NCBI GenBank assembly: GCA_904063045.1
Contig: CAJFCJ010000012.1
Coordinates: forward strand, 2,740,335-2,804,334
From: Dimorphilus gyrociliatus
Taxonomy: Eukaryota; Animalia; Annelida
Reading direction: 5' to 3'
Length of the DNA: 64,000 bases
Shown here: piece by piece, positions 51,231-64,000 of the stretch
How positions within the stretch are numbered: position 1 is the stretch's first letter
Layout of the letters: each line of letters starts with the position of its first letter
Position numbers and translations under genes: made by a program
The notes under the pieces: generated by a model
Told to the model about the DNA's origin: nothing
The model's database searches: none
Seen by the model: only the letters and a program-made list of their open reading frames with translations

Positions 51231-54200
51231 TTACACTTTTTTTTCCCTTCTCCTCTTGGCATGAACGTAACTCTTTGAGATCTGACTTATTATATAAACA
51301 CTTGGATTGACCAGAGAATTTAGTGGTAAGAAGAGGCCAATTAAAAAACTGTAGGCTCTATCTTTCAAATTCAATTTCAAGAATATTGATAGAAAACCTT
51401 GAAAAAGTAGTATTTAGAGAATTTATATAAATGGTATTGTTGAATTGTCTAACTTAATATTGAAAATGGGATGGAACATAAAATATTCGTCACTATAATT
51501 ACAATAACTGTGTTTGAAAGTTTCGTATTTGAAGAAAATCTCATATGCTTCAGTCTAGTACGCGACTGTTTGACATAGATGTATATTTTAATATAACAAA
51601 ATATTAGAATAATATTGAAAATTAGAAAGGCAACTCCAAATGTTAAAAAGGAGTAAATCCACCCTTCCTTGCCAATGTTAAGAATGTTTATATTCAAACA
51701 GATTCTAGTTTTTGAATGAAAATTCTACTTTGAAAGAAGAAAGTAGTAATGAGTAGTTTAAAAATGAATATTCATACATTATACAAAATACTGGGTAAAC
51801 TTGATATTAATGCTGTTAGGGTAACTAATGCTGTTATAACTATGAATTTCCTCTCAAAAAGCTTGATGGAAATGCCATTGTTTAAAACTATTATAGTCTT
51901 TTCAACAGTCATCAATAGTAAACTGCCATTAGAGAGAAAGAAGCCAAACAGAACGATATTTCCCAAAAGTGTGCATGTAAAACTAAATCTCCACTTTTCG
52001 TCAAAGTTTAGATAATCGTTACCAAAATATAAATCTGCTATTAAAATGATTGTTATGTATACTGATGTAAGCAAATCTCCAATGATATGAGTAGTCTGAA
52101 AAGAGATGGTTCCTTTCTCTTTAGTTAGAATTACGAAAATGATAAAATTGGCTGCAGTTCCATACAATCCGTATAACGAAAATATTATTTCCATCAATTT
52201 TGAATTCAAGAGATTTGAACAGGTTTGAAAGGCAACATTTGTAGGTGTACATACAATTTTTGGATTAACATATTTCCAAAGCCAACAACAAATTATAAGA
52301 TACATACTGTGTAATTTTTCAACTTTTCTCAACGATTTTATTACTAAATTCATCCCTCTCAAACTTAAAATTGTTCTATTTAAGTGAATTTCTTTAATGC
52401 TTTTAAGTGAATTAAAGAATTCTCTCCCAATTGATATTAATTTACAATTTGTCATTTTAAATAACACCAATCTATTCAAATTGACAACGTGTTTAAATTC
52501 AAGTTTTACTACTTTGGTGTAAGATATATCCAGAATTTTCAAAGAATAGAAATTGAAATCTCCTAAAAAATTAATATCATTCAAAGGATTGAATGATAAA
52601 TTCAGATAGATTAGAATATTCCTTCTTAAACGTCCAGTAAGATTTTGTAGACTCGCATTGTTTATTATAACATTAATTAAATTTGGATGCTTTGCCAAGT
52701 TAAATTCAAAAATTGGATAATCCTTGATTAGAATTGAAGTTAAAAATGAGGAAAGATTTTGATGGTTTATTCTAAATTTTCCAATTAATGAGAGTTTTTT
52801 TAAGGGAGATTGAATATTTATTTCTGTTATTGAATTGTTTACATTGGCATTTTGCCAACAAGACATTTGGTATGAATAATTCATAATACAATAATGATTC
52901 AATTCATTTAATTTATAACATTGTAATTCATCGCTTCCCATCAAACAGTCAACAATACCATTACAAACTTTTTGAAGAAGTATAAACATAGTAGAGTTTT
53001 TACATTTAAAAAAACCTTTCGGTTTGAAACTTTCTGTTTTATAATTAAATTTTTTAAATGAGAAATTTTCTATTTATTTAAATTTTCACCTTCATCACAA
53101 AAATATTCATCATCGCCTTTGAAACAATGTTTTATACCGTCGCAAACTTGTTCAATTGAAATGCATACTTCTTCACATTGACAAAGCAATTCTCCAGCTT
53201 TACATTTTTTGTTTTTGCAGTTTCTAATTGCGTTAAATGGATGTTGTACTTTTGATCTTAAATTTCCAGTTGAATCGTATTTAATGTTACATAAGTAATT
53301 TGTGAATTGATGACAGATTTTTTTCAGTGCTTTTGAATTATTGTTTCTACGGCAACGCATTATATCTTCATCATCTCCCGAGTCGCAATCTGTCTTGAAA
53401 TCGCATTGGGCATAATCGTAAATTATTTTCTTGTCACAAACGAACAGGTTATTGTCTAAGTAAAGTTCAATTAATCAATTATCTAACTCTATTCTTTAAA
53501 TTAGCAGCAACGGGATTACTAATTGTAAAACGGAGAGATAGATACCTAGATCATTACTAATTTGCATAATATACTCGTAATCTTCGTCACTGCCATCTAT
53601 GCAATGTTCTTCGCCGTCTGAAAAGTGTTCTTTCAATATGCACTGCCCATTTTTGCAATTGCTTTTAGTTGTAAAGAAAAATTAGCATGTCTTAATTAGG
53701 TTTCAATATTTCAAAAAGTTAAAGCTATAGACCTAAAATTTTCTCCTTCGCATATTATTCTTTCTTTAAAATGATAAAAATAACTCAATTAAATGTTAAT
53801 TAATAAGAAAACGCCTTTGAAAATTATGATTTTGATCTTTTGATAAAACTGTGGGCCTATCTAATCTAAAAAGTTAACACAATTACTACAACATTCCCCA
53901 ATTGGTGAGAATCTATTTTCAGGCGTTTTCTTTCTCTATTTTTTTAAATTAGGCAAATTAACCGCAATAGTCTTCGTCAGATCCGTCTTTGCAGTCTTTA
54001 ACATAATTACAAACTTGTGAATAATGAACTCTTTCCAATGAATTAAAACATACAAAAGTATCATTTTCATTAATGTTACAGTTATTTTCATCTTCTTTTG
54101 AAGTACAATCGAAAATTCCGTCACATATATAGTTAATTGATATGCAGAATTGATCTATTTTGCATAAAAAACAACCAGCAGGACAGGTAACCACATCTTC

Positions 54201-57124
54201 TATTGGTAAATAAAAGTTGTTTATCTGTTGATGGACGATTTCTGAAAAGGTGGGAATATTAGAAATATTATTAATGTTTATATATGTGGTTGGGAGAAAA
54301 TAGCCCAGTAGGTAAGAAAAGTTTAGGGTACGATTTTGGCCATCTCTAGACTTTGGAACATCTTAATTTTAATATTTTCCAATTGGTGTAGGGCTAAGCT
54401 ACGGATTAGGAAGCATAAAGTGGAAAGAATCTTGTTGATTTGTGAGTTAGGATTAGGGTAAAACACCAAAAAATTGGCCGTTTTCTCCAATACCCGTTTA
54501 TAAAGTGGTACTTGGGAGTTTATGACAAACGTAATGACTAGTTTTCATATTACAATCTTTTGATTTAAAGTTGGCTTTTGATAATTTATAATAACTTTTG
54601 GGAGGAATTGCTGAAAACGACCGCATTTTTGAATTATTTTAGGAAAAGGTTTTTCAATTAGACACGTGTAAAACTAAGGAATTGAAAATAAGTTCGAAAA
54701 CATGTGGTCGTTTTCAACAACATTGTATTATTTCTATAGTCAAAGAGTAACAGCTTTTAATATGCCAGAATTTGTTTAGTGCTCTCCTCTTTGCAGTTGG
54801 GTAACCGTAATAAACCTCAATATAATGTGATAGACTAACACAATCCTGAAAGAAAATATAAACATTAGATTGATTTACTGTTGGCGAAAGATTTTTCATT
54901 TTGCCAGGAAAGGTTTGAAATTCTCAGTATGTTGATTTGGAAATAGCAATTCTTTAATAAAATTATCAGCAGTTACTTCAATACTCTTGGTTTTCCTGCC
55001 TGATTTCTTGTAAAATTCTAATAATAAAAAGCAAAAGAATATAGTAATATACTTCCAGTGAGTGCTATCTGTCTTATTACTATTATAAAATGAAATAGAG
55101 ACATCATAGCTCCTCACTATTTTATTCATTGCAGCGGCAATTAATAAAATAACAAATGATCTACTACGAGTTGGAAATTCACTTAAAGTTAGGTTTTTTT
55201 CATGGCATATTTCTGCAGTTTCTTCAATTGAGTATCTTATTGGTTCAGCATATACGTAATAGCAGATTTCGTAAATTGATATGGAATTTTCGTCTTTTTT
55301 GCAATCGCTTCCTAAAAAAACAAATCAGTTGGAAAAGAAAAAAGAAACAGAGTTGATTTTTCACACTTTCTTTGCCTTTTGAACATTTCAAGTAGAATAA
55401 AACATGCCTATGATTCTCTCTGAAAAAATATGAATATTAAAACAATAAATTATTAACACTCTGTATACAAATCACAACGTTTTTGTTAACGGTATCACTT
55501 TACATTGCCGTAAATGTGAACTATTGCATTTCATTGAACTGAGTACTATTGTATTAGTTAGGAATATTTGTATTTCAGGCGAATTTTGTAAAGGATTTAC
55601 TATCGTTCCATAATCGAAATCAAAACTTTTACATATGACTTGAACTTCATGATATGAAATTGTTTTGAAATGAGTCCACATATTGTTAAATATCGTTTGA
55701 AATAATCCAGTATATTCACTGTATTCATGTTTATCCCCTTCGAGTAAACTCCCCGCCTCCAACATGTGAAGCTGATATTTAGCATCTTTAAGCGCATATA
55801 TATATATATATATAAATAAATATACAATATGATATTTTCTAAGGTTTTTATACCTCCCCCTCTTTCATTGCAAATAGGATATGCATAATAGAATTTACCA
55901 TTTGCAGGCCAAAAAGGTTTATTTAATTTGCATCCTCTAATTTCATTTTTTATAATTTTACAATTTTCAATGAATATCTCAAATGACCTCATGTACTCTG
56001 ATTCACTATGTAGAAAAGTCAATGTAGATGGTATCAAATTCAACCTTCGACATAATAAATTATTCATAATTATCATGTGATTTTTCTCTAAACTTTTGTA
56101 AGAGCTTGCGAATTTAAAAACACATGGAAAGGTAGATTGGAATAAACTTTTTGATGAGCAAGTAAAAGCTGTCAAAGGGGATTTTGATTTTCCGTATGTA
56201 AAAGTCTTCTCTTTTGATACTTGAAAATCTAAAAAAAGGAAAATATTGGTATAGTAAGTGAGAAAAAACAATACATTTTCCAAAAGGAATCTAAAACTTG
56301 GACGAGTTTATCAAGTTTAGATTAATTGGCTTTGGACTGAAGAAATTACCGTATATTTCATAATAATGACATTTTATTATGGGAAAATGTTCATTTTTAT
56401 CAGTTAAATGTCGAATTTGAATGGAAGAAAAATTTTTGTCAAAGATTGCAAAAGCAGATTTATTTACAAGATGTTCTGGAATTTCAGTAAATTTGAACTT
56501 TATTCTTCCACACAGCGAATTGTTGGTATCATTATATTCATCAGAGTATTTTACCAAATAGAATGAGTTATTTGTATGGAACATCATTGAATATAACACG
56601 TCAGCTTCACTCTCTAATGTAAGGAAATCTAAACAAGTATATACATTTTGATACATTGCACTCTAATCTACAAACAAACTTACAATCGCTGTTCTTTTTG
56701 GTGCACATCAATTGTACAAAATTCCTATTTTTTGAAGTAATACTGCAATGATAAAAAAAGCCATGTTGTTGATCTTTTAAACGCAATAAAGATTTTAGAG
56801 TAGAGCTTACATTTTGCAACATTTTCCACCTTTTATGCGAATGCTTACACCTTTTACATATTTTGTCTCACGGTAAAAACTCACTTCGCCAAAGGCAGAA
56901 GAATAATTCAATTTTTGACACAAGCTAGTACCATTCCATAGAATTTTAGTTTTGTAATCCAGAGGAAGTAGGCTATGGTTATGTAATGTCTTTAGTTTAC
57001 CTATCACGTGTACATTTGTTTCACTTATTATTTGTAGAGAGAGTTGTAAAGATGAAGGTAGCTCCCATTTGACAGCATGTAAACAAGACCAGAAAAACAC
57101 ATATTCTATAATCAACATCGACAT
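51231..57124 (-). CDS. GRL101-type LDLa-LRR-7TM receptor, gene 3
   Basis: Signal MSMLIIEYVFFWSCLHA at 57124; LDLa exons 53070-54220; LRR and TM1-4 in 51772-52989; final exon LPLNSLVNPSVY...RRREKKV*. Confidence 0.85.
54286..54495. mobile_element. MITE with TTAGGG-like core, intronic in GPCR gene 3
   Basis: GGAGAAAATAGCC...GGCCGTTTTCTCC imperfect inverted repeat; flanks gtttatata/gtttataaa. Confidence 0.6.
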
Positions 57125-57557
57125 ACTGAATGAATTGAATTTTTCTAAATAATCATTATCAGTTTCATCTGGTAGAATTGTCTTTTGAAGCAGAACGAAA
57201 TGCATCCGGTCATATTTTATTACACACATCATCAGATAAATTTTAATTAACTTTCAATTGATTCATACACTTTTATTGCTTTATATATTTTTGATTTTCA
57301 TTATTTCCAATAAATTTTTAGCATCCTCACATAAAATATCAGATCTATAATAATAATACAATTTTCTTTCCAATGCCTTCTCTGGAACAAAGCTATCATT
57401 TCTTTTAAATAGTATTGAAATACAAGACAATTCTTCCTTTTTCTTATTTGTTATCAGCTTTTTTTGAATTGAAGCTATTGTATATTTAGAGGCTATAACA
57501 ACAGTTTGAGTCATTCTTTCTCTTCAATTGATTATTATGATGAAACATCAACAAAAC

Positions 57558-57677
57558 GGATACGACAAAAAACGTCCCGAAATGCATGGTTTAACCCTAA
57601 CCCTTAGATGGAACACCCCCAAAAATCCAGAATATCGATTTCAAAAATTTCACTTGGGGACGTTTTCTGTCGGCCCC
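57558..57677. mobile_element. MITE with CCCTAA core
   Basis: CGACAAAAAACGTCCC...GGGACGTTTTCTGTCG inverted repeat. Confidence 0.7.
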
Positions 57678-57829
57678 GAATAAAATAGAGCTTGTCAACT
57701 ATGTTGCGTAATAACTGTTCTCATTGAAATCATTATTATAGCCAAATTTTTAATCCCTTGCTATGACGTTTGATCAAATGTTCAACAGCTGCGTGACCTA
57801 TATTTATTGTTTGAGATATCTCAGCTTGG

Positions 57830-58000
57830 CTTATTATCTCCTATTATCTCTGATTAGTGCAATAACTCTTTCCTTATTTTCATTGTTACTGGCTGTTCTT
57901 GGGTGTCCTTACTTATCATCATCATGTATATTTGCTCTTTCTTCTTTTAATTCTCTAACCCACTTCCTTACTGAACCTTCAGTAATGTTGTATAACCAAA
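57830..58000 (-). mobile_element. Mariner transposase HTH relic
   Basis: SVRKWVRELKEERANIHDDDK*GHPRTA...ERVIALIRDNRR matches the mariner TV.RW...FK.G....D..RSGRP pattern. Confidence 0.75.
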
Positions 58001-58828
58001 GAAAGCTTTCAAATACTTATAACTATCAATTGCAATAACTTGCAGTGATACAAGATAGTGAATAATTACTCCCTACTTTATATCATGATCCAGTTCTTAA
58101 AAGACTTTCATGAAACACAAAAAATTGGGTCAGATTAGGATTTGGATCAAATATAAAAGGAATTGGATGAATATCTCTAGATTAGGCTTAATGTAAAACC
58201 TGCAAAATAAGCACAATTTTACCCATAACAAAAATATACTCATTATCTTAACTAATTATTCATTAAATATTATTATTCATAAATTTTCCGAATCGTTTAA
58301 TAATTTAGAGATTCTTCTAGAAATATCTAAGAACATTTATGTAATTTATTAATTTTTATCTGGGTGATGTCAATATGTAAAGTTGAACAAATCTGCTTAT
58401 ATGTCATACTTTTTTCAATATTCATTGTTCAAACCTTCACATAAAAATTGAAGAAGAATTTCTAGCCTCTGCTAAGTGGATTATAGTTATTCACTTTATG
58501 GAATATTCATATTGGTGTTTCAATATTTCCTTCAATAAATCACCTAACCAATAGCTTTGCCCTTCAGACAAATTACAGAGAGAAAAGTCTACTGTACAAA
58601 GGGATTTTGAACAGCTTTATAATCCTTTGCATATACTTTCCATGCCTTTTCCAAGTTTGTCATTATCGGCTAAATTAATATCCTGTAAATTATGACAATC
58701 TTTCAACAGATCACCAAGCTAGTAACCTTGTTGTTTTTTTAATTTGGTATAACTAAAGTCTAGTTTCAAAAGAGTATTAGATGAATGTTTTAAGCCTATA
58801 CAAATATCCTAAAATACTTCTTGTTCAC

Positions 58829-59034
58829 GGATACGACAGAAAACGTCCACAAATCAGTGCTTTTACCCTAACCCTAACTCAGCCCTTAGCTGTACCTAAC
58901 ATTTCCATTACCCCTAACCCTCAGAACGGACCCTCTCAACTACAAACCAGTTGCTGTTTTCTTTGGCCTAACCATTTCTCAATCCAAATTTTTGTCTTGA
59001 AATTTCTCATTTGTGGACGTTTTCTGTCGACCCC
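58829..59034. mobile_element. MITE with CCCTAA core, perfect 21-bp inverted repeat and 9-bp TSD
   Basis: CGACAGAAAACGTCCACAAAT at 58834-58854 with its reverse complement at 59009-59029; TSD CTTGTTCAC at 58820-58828 and 59035-59043. Confidence 0.85.
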
Positions 59035-59626
59035 CTTGTTCACTGTTGGAGCTTAGATGAACATTTTACTGATTACTGCATTTTTTTAATAGATCAGATA
59101 ACCAGTGGCTTTGTTTTGGAAGTAAAGACCATCCTTGTAAATTAATATTCAATAGGGATCCAGATGACGATTTTAATTCCTTACATATTTTATCAAATCC
59201 CCAACTGAATGTACTAACTAAACTTATGTCAATTTCCCTAATTAAGGGAAAATCAAGTCACATTTAGAAAACTTAATACTCCAAAGAGATTTTGCAGATG
59301 CTTTTAATCCATTGCAGATAAATTTCAAGCCATTGTCTAAACATTGATTATCGGGATTATCGGTTACAAACGAAACCTTCATCCACTTCATTTTTACAAT
59401 CGTATTTCAAGTCGCACAAAAGATTTTTATCAATGCAAAAGGTTTTTATATTATTTTATTAATATTTTTAAATATTAAGTAGTTTCTCATGCTTTTTCCT
59501 TTTTTTCTTCATTTGCAGGTTACAAAATGGAAAAGAAACTTTAAGTTATTTGTTTTTAAATATTTGAATTTTCAATTTAAAAACTACTCAACATTTCAAA
59601 TATTAATAGAAAAACAAATTATGCAA

Positions 59627-61078
59627 TTATACAGAAATGACCGATAGAAGAATGATTAAGTAAAAAATAACTAAATTAATTTCATTGGTTTTTGATGAAC
59701 CACCTGGAAAATAGAAATAAAGTACTGATTGAAAAATGGATGTATCTGAATTTTTAAAACTTACTAGTTGACTTTGAATATGATACTGTTTTGGTTAATG
59801 TATTCCTTTTCTCTTTTACAATATTCCAGGCTGTACATTCATAATCATTTTTACCCTGCCATTCATCTTTAATTACCAGTTTTGAATCTGTTGAAACAAT
59901 TGTACCATTTTTCTGTAGAAATTTGTGATAATTTTAACACAGATTACATAAAAGAAAAACCAAAATGGCTACCATTCTCCATTCATATTTAGGAATAGGA
60001 TTTCCTATTGCTGAACAAATGAGTTCATCTTTCTTAATATCCTTTGCTATATTTATATCTCTAACTTTGTCTAAAATTTCGTTTGGATCATTAAATTCAA
60101 AATCCATTTTTTAAAAAAAAAATAATTCAATACCTACATTCAACTTTAATTTTCACAGGATTTTTACTTTTAAATAAAAGAAAATTATCATTTCCATCTT
60201 TATATAACTTTAATTGACAATAGAAAGCTTCATTATTCATATCCCATGTTGCAATAATAGAACTATTTAACGTAATTAATCCATCAGTATAGGTTATTGT
60301 TGAAAATGAGCTTATCTGTCTATCTTTCATCATAACTTCAAAATTGATACTCGATGAACCCCATAAATTAAATTCACAGATAAAATCAAATTTTTCATCT
60401 TCAACTTGAACAGTTAAAGGATATTTTACAATTCTTAGATCAGAATCTATTTGAAAATTTCATTTAAAAATGACAGTTAACTTATGAATAAAAAACCCTA
60501 TTATTTTAAATTACCATATAAGGCTATTGCAGTTGTCTTAGAATCAGCACTATTGTCATCAGTAACTGTTGCATTTATTATAAAACCATCAATCTGTTTT
60601 GGATGGAATTTTTGTGTAAACTAAATCTATGTTGCATTAAACATTAACTTACTTTTTTTACATTGTTAACTGTGAATAGATAAGTTGAACTTTCTCCGCT
60701 AGGTGTCACCTGCCATCTATTTTTGTAGTAATCAGTAAAATTAGGAGTTTTATAAATTAACTGATTAACATCACTGTAAAGCCTTTCTAATTGAATTCCA
60801 TTAATTTCTATAATTTAAAAAACAAAATTTTTAAAGCAATTTCTCTCTTTTTTGGTGGAAATTTCAATATTTACTGCTGAGACCGTATCGTATATTCAAC
60901 GTTTCACCAAGTTTAGCAACAACCCGACTGGGAGCTTGATAAATTTGTACTGAAAATTATGAAATGTCTAATTATCATCATTACAAATTAAAGAACAATT
61001 TTTACCTCCAGAAATTTGTGTCACAATATTTAACATTGAAAAAATATAGATAACTTTTTTATTAATATTTCTATCCAT
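59627..61078 (-). CDS. GPI-anchored immunoglobulin-superfamily protein (about 3 Ig-like domains; multi-exon)
   Basis: Signal exon 61078-61006; VQIYQAPSRVVAKLGETL; FICEFNLW...FYCQL; ICSAIGNPIPKYEW...YECTAWN; C-terminal SGSS + hydrophobic tail; short GT-AG introns keep the frame. Confidence 0.8.
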
Positions 61079-61161
61079 CTCTTCTATCAAACTTTCAGCT
61101 ACAATTATCTTTGACACTACAGCCTGTTCTTAAAGTTAATACATCTATTTGTACTAAACTT

Positions 61162-61173
61162 TGCGCATGCGCA
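61162..61173. promoter_or_regulatory. NRF1/Ewg-type palindrome TGCGCATGCGCA upstream of the Ig gene
   Basis: Perfect 12-bp consensus about 85 bp 5' of the ATG in very AT-rich DNA. Confidence 0.5.
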
Positions 61174-61536
61174 TAAAAGAACCTTTACACTTTTGATTTG
61201 TAAGCGGATTATTTTTAAATTTTACGAATTGTACGAATAATATAACAGTCAGAGTAGTCCTAATGTTGTTTATAATGTTTGATGATGTACAATAGAGACC
61301 TTCGCACCATTTTAGATTACTTTTGTAAAATACGCCTATTTAAAGATAATGTTATCTGCAAAAAGAGTAATGACTCGATACTGGTATAAAACGCCTTATA
61401 ATATTATCAAATTTTAGCTTAATTGATAGTAGTAATAATGAAAAAAATGAGTCAATAAATATTCCATTTTCTTGGTGTGACAGTAAAAAAATAGTACACT
61501 TTTATATTATAAGCTTTATCTATCTTTTATCTTATA

Positions 61537-61556
61537 TATATATATATATATATATA
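61537..61556. repeat. (TA)n microsatellite
   Basis: Direct inspection. Confidence 0.9.
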
Positions 61557-62807
61557 TCTTTCTTATATCTTTAAAGCTTATCTTTTAATCATTAATTTTA
61601 ACAATGATAATAGTTTTACATGAAGTCTCCTTAGGCCTACACACTTAGAAATGAAGACCTACAAAGACGTTCAGACTTGGTTGCCTCCTTCGAATAATGA
61701 TATAATATTTGTAGAGGAGAGGTGATCAACTGCAAATTGACAATGCTCAGAAATATCTAGGTTAAAGAGAGAGGGAATGAAATTTTTTTCTTTCAATACA
61801 ATGAGTAGTTCAAATATTCAAATAATTGCTTTTTCTCTCTTTCTCTTAAATGAGAGCTATTGTTCTCTGGGTAGATTTTTGTATGTAAAAAACCGGAAGT
61901 GGACTATGTTATCACTTGAAATTTCTTAACACATACAAACAAGCAGATATTTTCGTGAATTTAATAACTGATTGAAACAAAATAAACATTCAACACTAGT
62001 CAATTGTAGCTGGAACAATTCAAAATTAGATGAATGCCTCTAATTCTAAGAAGAAATTTACCGAAATATTTAAAATATAACTTATATCGGAATGTTTTAC
62101 TTTTCAGGATTGTAGGCCAAGTGGGTTTTTATAGTAACATTCTGTTATTATCTATTCAAATCCGAGAGGAGAGCAAATGAATTAACCTCATCTATGATTG
62201 TCCATAGTAGATTAATTTTTAAAGATACCCTTGACCTTTCAAGTTGAATTTTTTTTTCATTTTCACTATTCAAGTATCAATGCTTTTAACAGCTGCAAAA
62301 TTATTCAATAATTCTTTTCTCTAATTTCCGCTGTTCTTTCACTAGTCAACTGTTTCTTCTCGCATGAGTAACGCCCATGTTTTATGTAATTTAATGACAT
62401 TCCAACACATAAACATCTGTTAAATCTGCAAAAGCGGCAAGCGAAAATTCAGTCCCTATCTGGATTGTAGAGATGGCGATAAGGTTGATTAAAATCTCTC
62501 AATAAGTAGGTCACTACCTAAATATATAATAATATTTACCCCGTAGAAGGACTACCGCAAACAGAACATGGCGGTAGTGTTTCCCAATAGTAGCTGTATT
62601 GAATTCAACTAGGTGCACACCAATTTTGAACTTGAAATTAAACTTCAAAATTTTGCCACTTCTAGACGTTTCCTATTTGGCACTTGCTTGGAGTAGTTTT
62701 AAATTTATAGTAAAGGCAACAGTAACAACTGACAAAATGTGAATGATTTCTATATTTAAAAATGTTCATTTTACAGTGACAATAAAAGCAAAAGAAAAAG
62801 TAAATGT

Positions 62808-63701
62808 TTATGTTGAAGATGCTACTCTATTCTTTTTGAATAGTTGAAAAAATGAAAGTTTAATTGAAGAATTACCAATAATCGTTATTATTGGATTAAA
62901 TACAGCTTGAGAAATGATTATGATATCTGATGATCTGACGATTTTAAATGATAAACTTGTTGGTTTTCGATAATATAAAAAATATGTTAAAGAATATAAC
63001 ATCCAAACAGAAGACATTAAAATTAATTGTAGTAAAGTTGCTTTAGAAGACTTTGAAATATTCTTACCTTTCTTTGTCTGTTCTTGAATATGAATTGTGT
63101 GTTTTTTAGCCAATTTCAAAACTTTTAAATGAAGAATTAAAGCTCCAAAAATATTTGGCAGAAAGATACATTGATAAATAAAAAAATATTCATTTTCATA
63201 CACCATAGATCCTTGGCAGATTCCACCTTTTCTATAGCCAAACAATGGAATATATGATGGAAAGAGACACAAGATAAATGTAAGGAGAACGATAAGGATA
63301 ATAATAAAATATGATTTACAATGAGTAAAATATCTATCATAATGAAAAGGATATTTAATCATAATATATCTATAAATAAAACAAAATAACAAGAATATTT
63401 GAGATTCAACATATAAAATAGCTTTTAATAAATAAAATACAACACAAAAAAATGGCATAACCATTTCAAAATTTATGAATAATAATAAATTCGTTTCTGC
63501 AACATTCCAGATTAACGTAAACAAGTCTGCAACAGTTATAGCTGGAATAAATATTATTACTGTTTTCGTAATATTTCCATCTTTCAAAATTAAAAATAGT
63601 ACCAGACTATTTAATATAGTTCCAAAACTGAACAGACAGTAATAGATTGTTGCTAAAACTAGTTCAAAATTTTCATTTTCAAACAAAGTGGTATTATTCA
63701 T
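62808..63701 (-). CDS. Single-exon divergent class A (rhodopsin-like) GPCR
   Basis: Seven hydrophobic segments; GTILNSLV (TM1), VADL (TM2), YRY in place of DRY, FNPII (TM7). Confidence 0.9.
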   Translation of the reverse strand: MNNTTLFENENFELVLATIYYCLFSFGTILNSLVLFLILKDGNITKTVIIFIPAITVADLFTLIWNVAETNLLLFINFEMVMPFFCVVFYLLKAILYVESQIFLLFCFIYRYIMIKYPFHYDRYFTHCKSYFIIILIVLLTFILCLFPSYIPLFGYRKGGICQGSMVYENEYFFIYQCIFLPNIFGALILHLKVLKLAKKHTIHIQEQTKKGKNISKSSKATLLQLILMSSVWMLYSLTYFLYYRKPTSLSFKIVRSSDIIIISQAVFNPIITIIGNSSIKLSFFQLFKKNRVASST

Positions 63702-64000
63702 ATTTGTTATTAGAGAGAGAGACAGAGAGAGAGTGAGAGACGGAGAGAAATTAATTTATTCCTATAATAATAATGCAGATATTATTCATATACATGATTT
63801 TACTTAATGGAAGTCATCTCTTTTCTCTCTGCATCTTTCATAAATGCTCTGTAAATTTATGTTTCCATTGTTGAAACTTTCAACTAAACTGCTGCTCATT
63901 TATGGATATTTATGCAATTTTAGCCTTTCTATTTTTAATTAAACATTCATGTGCCATCAATCAGACAGGTAATATGGAAAGTCATTAAAAGTAGGTGCAC

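Noticed and set aside
60864-60866. Premature TGA in the Ig gene
   Set aside because: It lies within an intron (donor GTAAAT just upstream); splicing restores the frame.
1-64000. tRNA or rRNA genes; prokaryotic operons or defence systems
   Set aside because: None recognised; the only tRNA-complementary sequence is the PBS, and the genes have spliceosomal introns.

Overview
AT-rich animal (invertebrate) genomic DNA with very short (about 50-65 bp) GT-AG introns. A compact-genome lophotrochozoan such as a meiofaunal annelid is a guess, not shown by the sequence. Many entries in the ORF track start at non-ATG codons and are really exons or antisense shadows. Bases 1-33 kb are rich in nested transposons: two copies (1-7198 and 24457-31135, minus strand) of an env-bearing Ty3/Gypsy (errantivirus-like) element, related solo or partial LTRs, a Mutator (MULE) transposon inserted into the env of copy 2, and BEL/Pao, Tc1 and mariner relics. 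Host genes encode cell-surface or secreted proteins: three paralogous LDLa-LRR-7TM (GRL101-type) receptors with long modular ectodomains, a secreted lamin-tail-domain/ITI-heavy-chain-C protein, a two-exon Cys-rich prepropeptide, a PAN/F-type-lectin protein, an FA58C/FAMeT-like protein, a GPI-anchored Ig protein and a single-exon class A GPCR. The most notable system is the retroelement. Combining its two copies gives one continuous Gag-PR-RT-RH-IN-Env reading frame. The Env is class III-like (rhabdovirus G/herpes gB-type) and is joined to integrase through an internal signal peptide. A tandem array of phospho-SIM-like motifs sits between protease and RT. The first 23 Gag codons lie inside the LTR and are conserved in six LTR copies.
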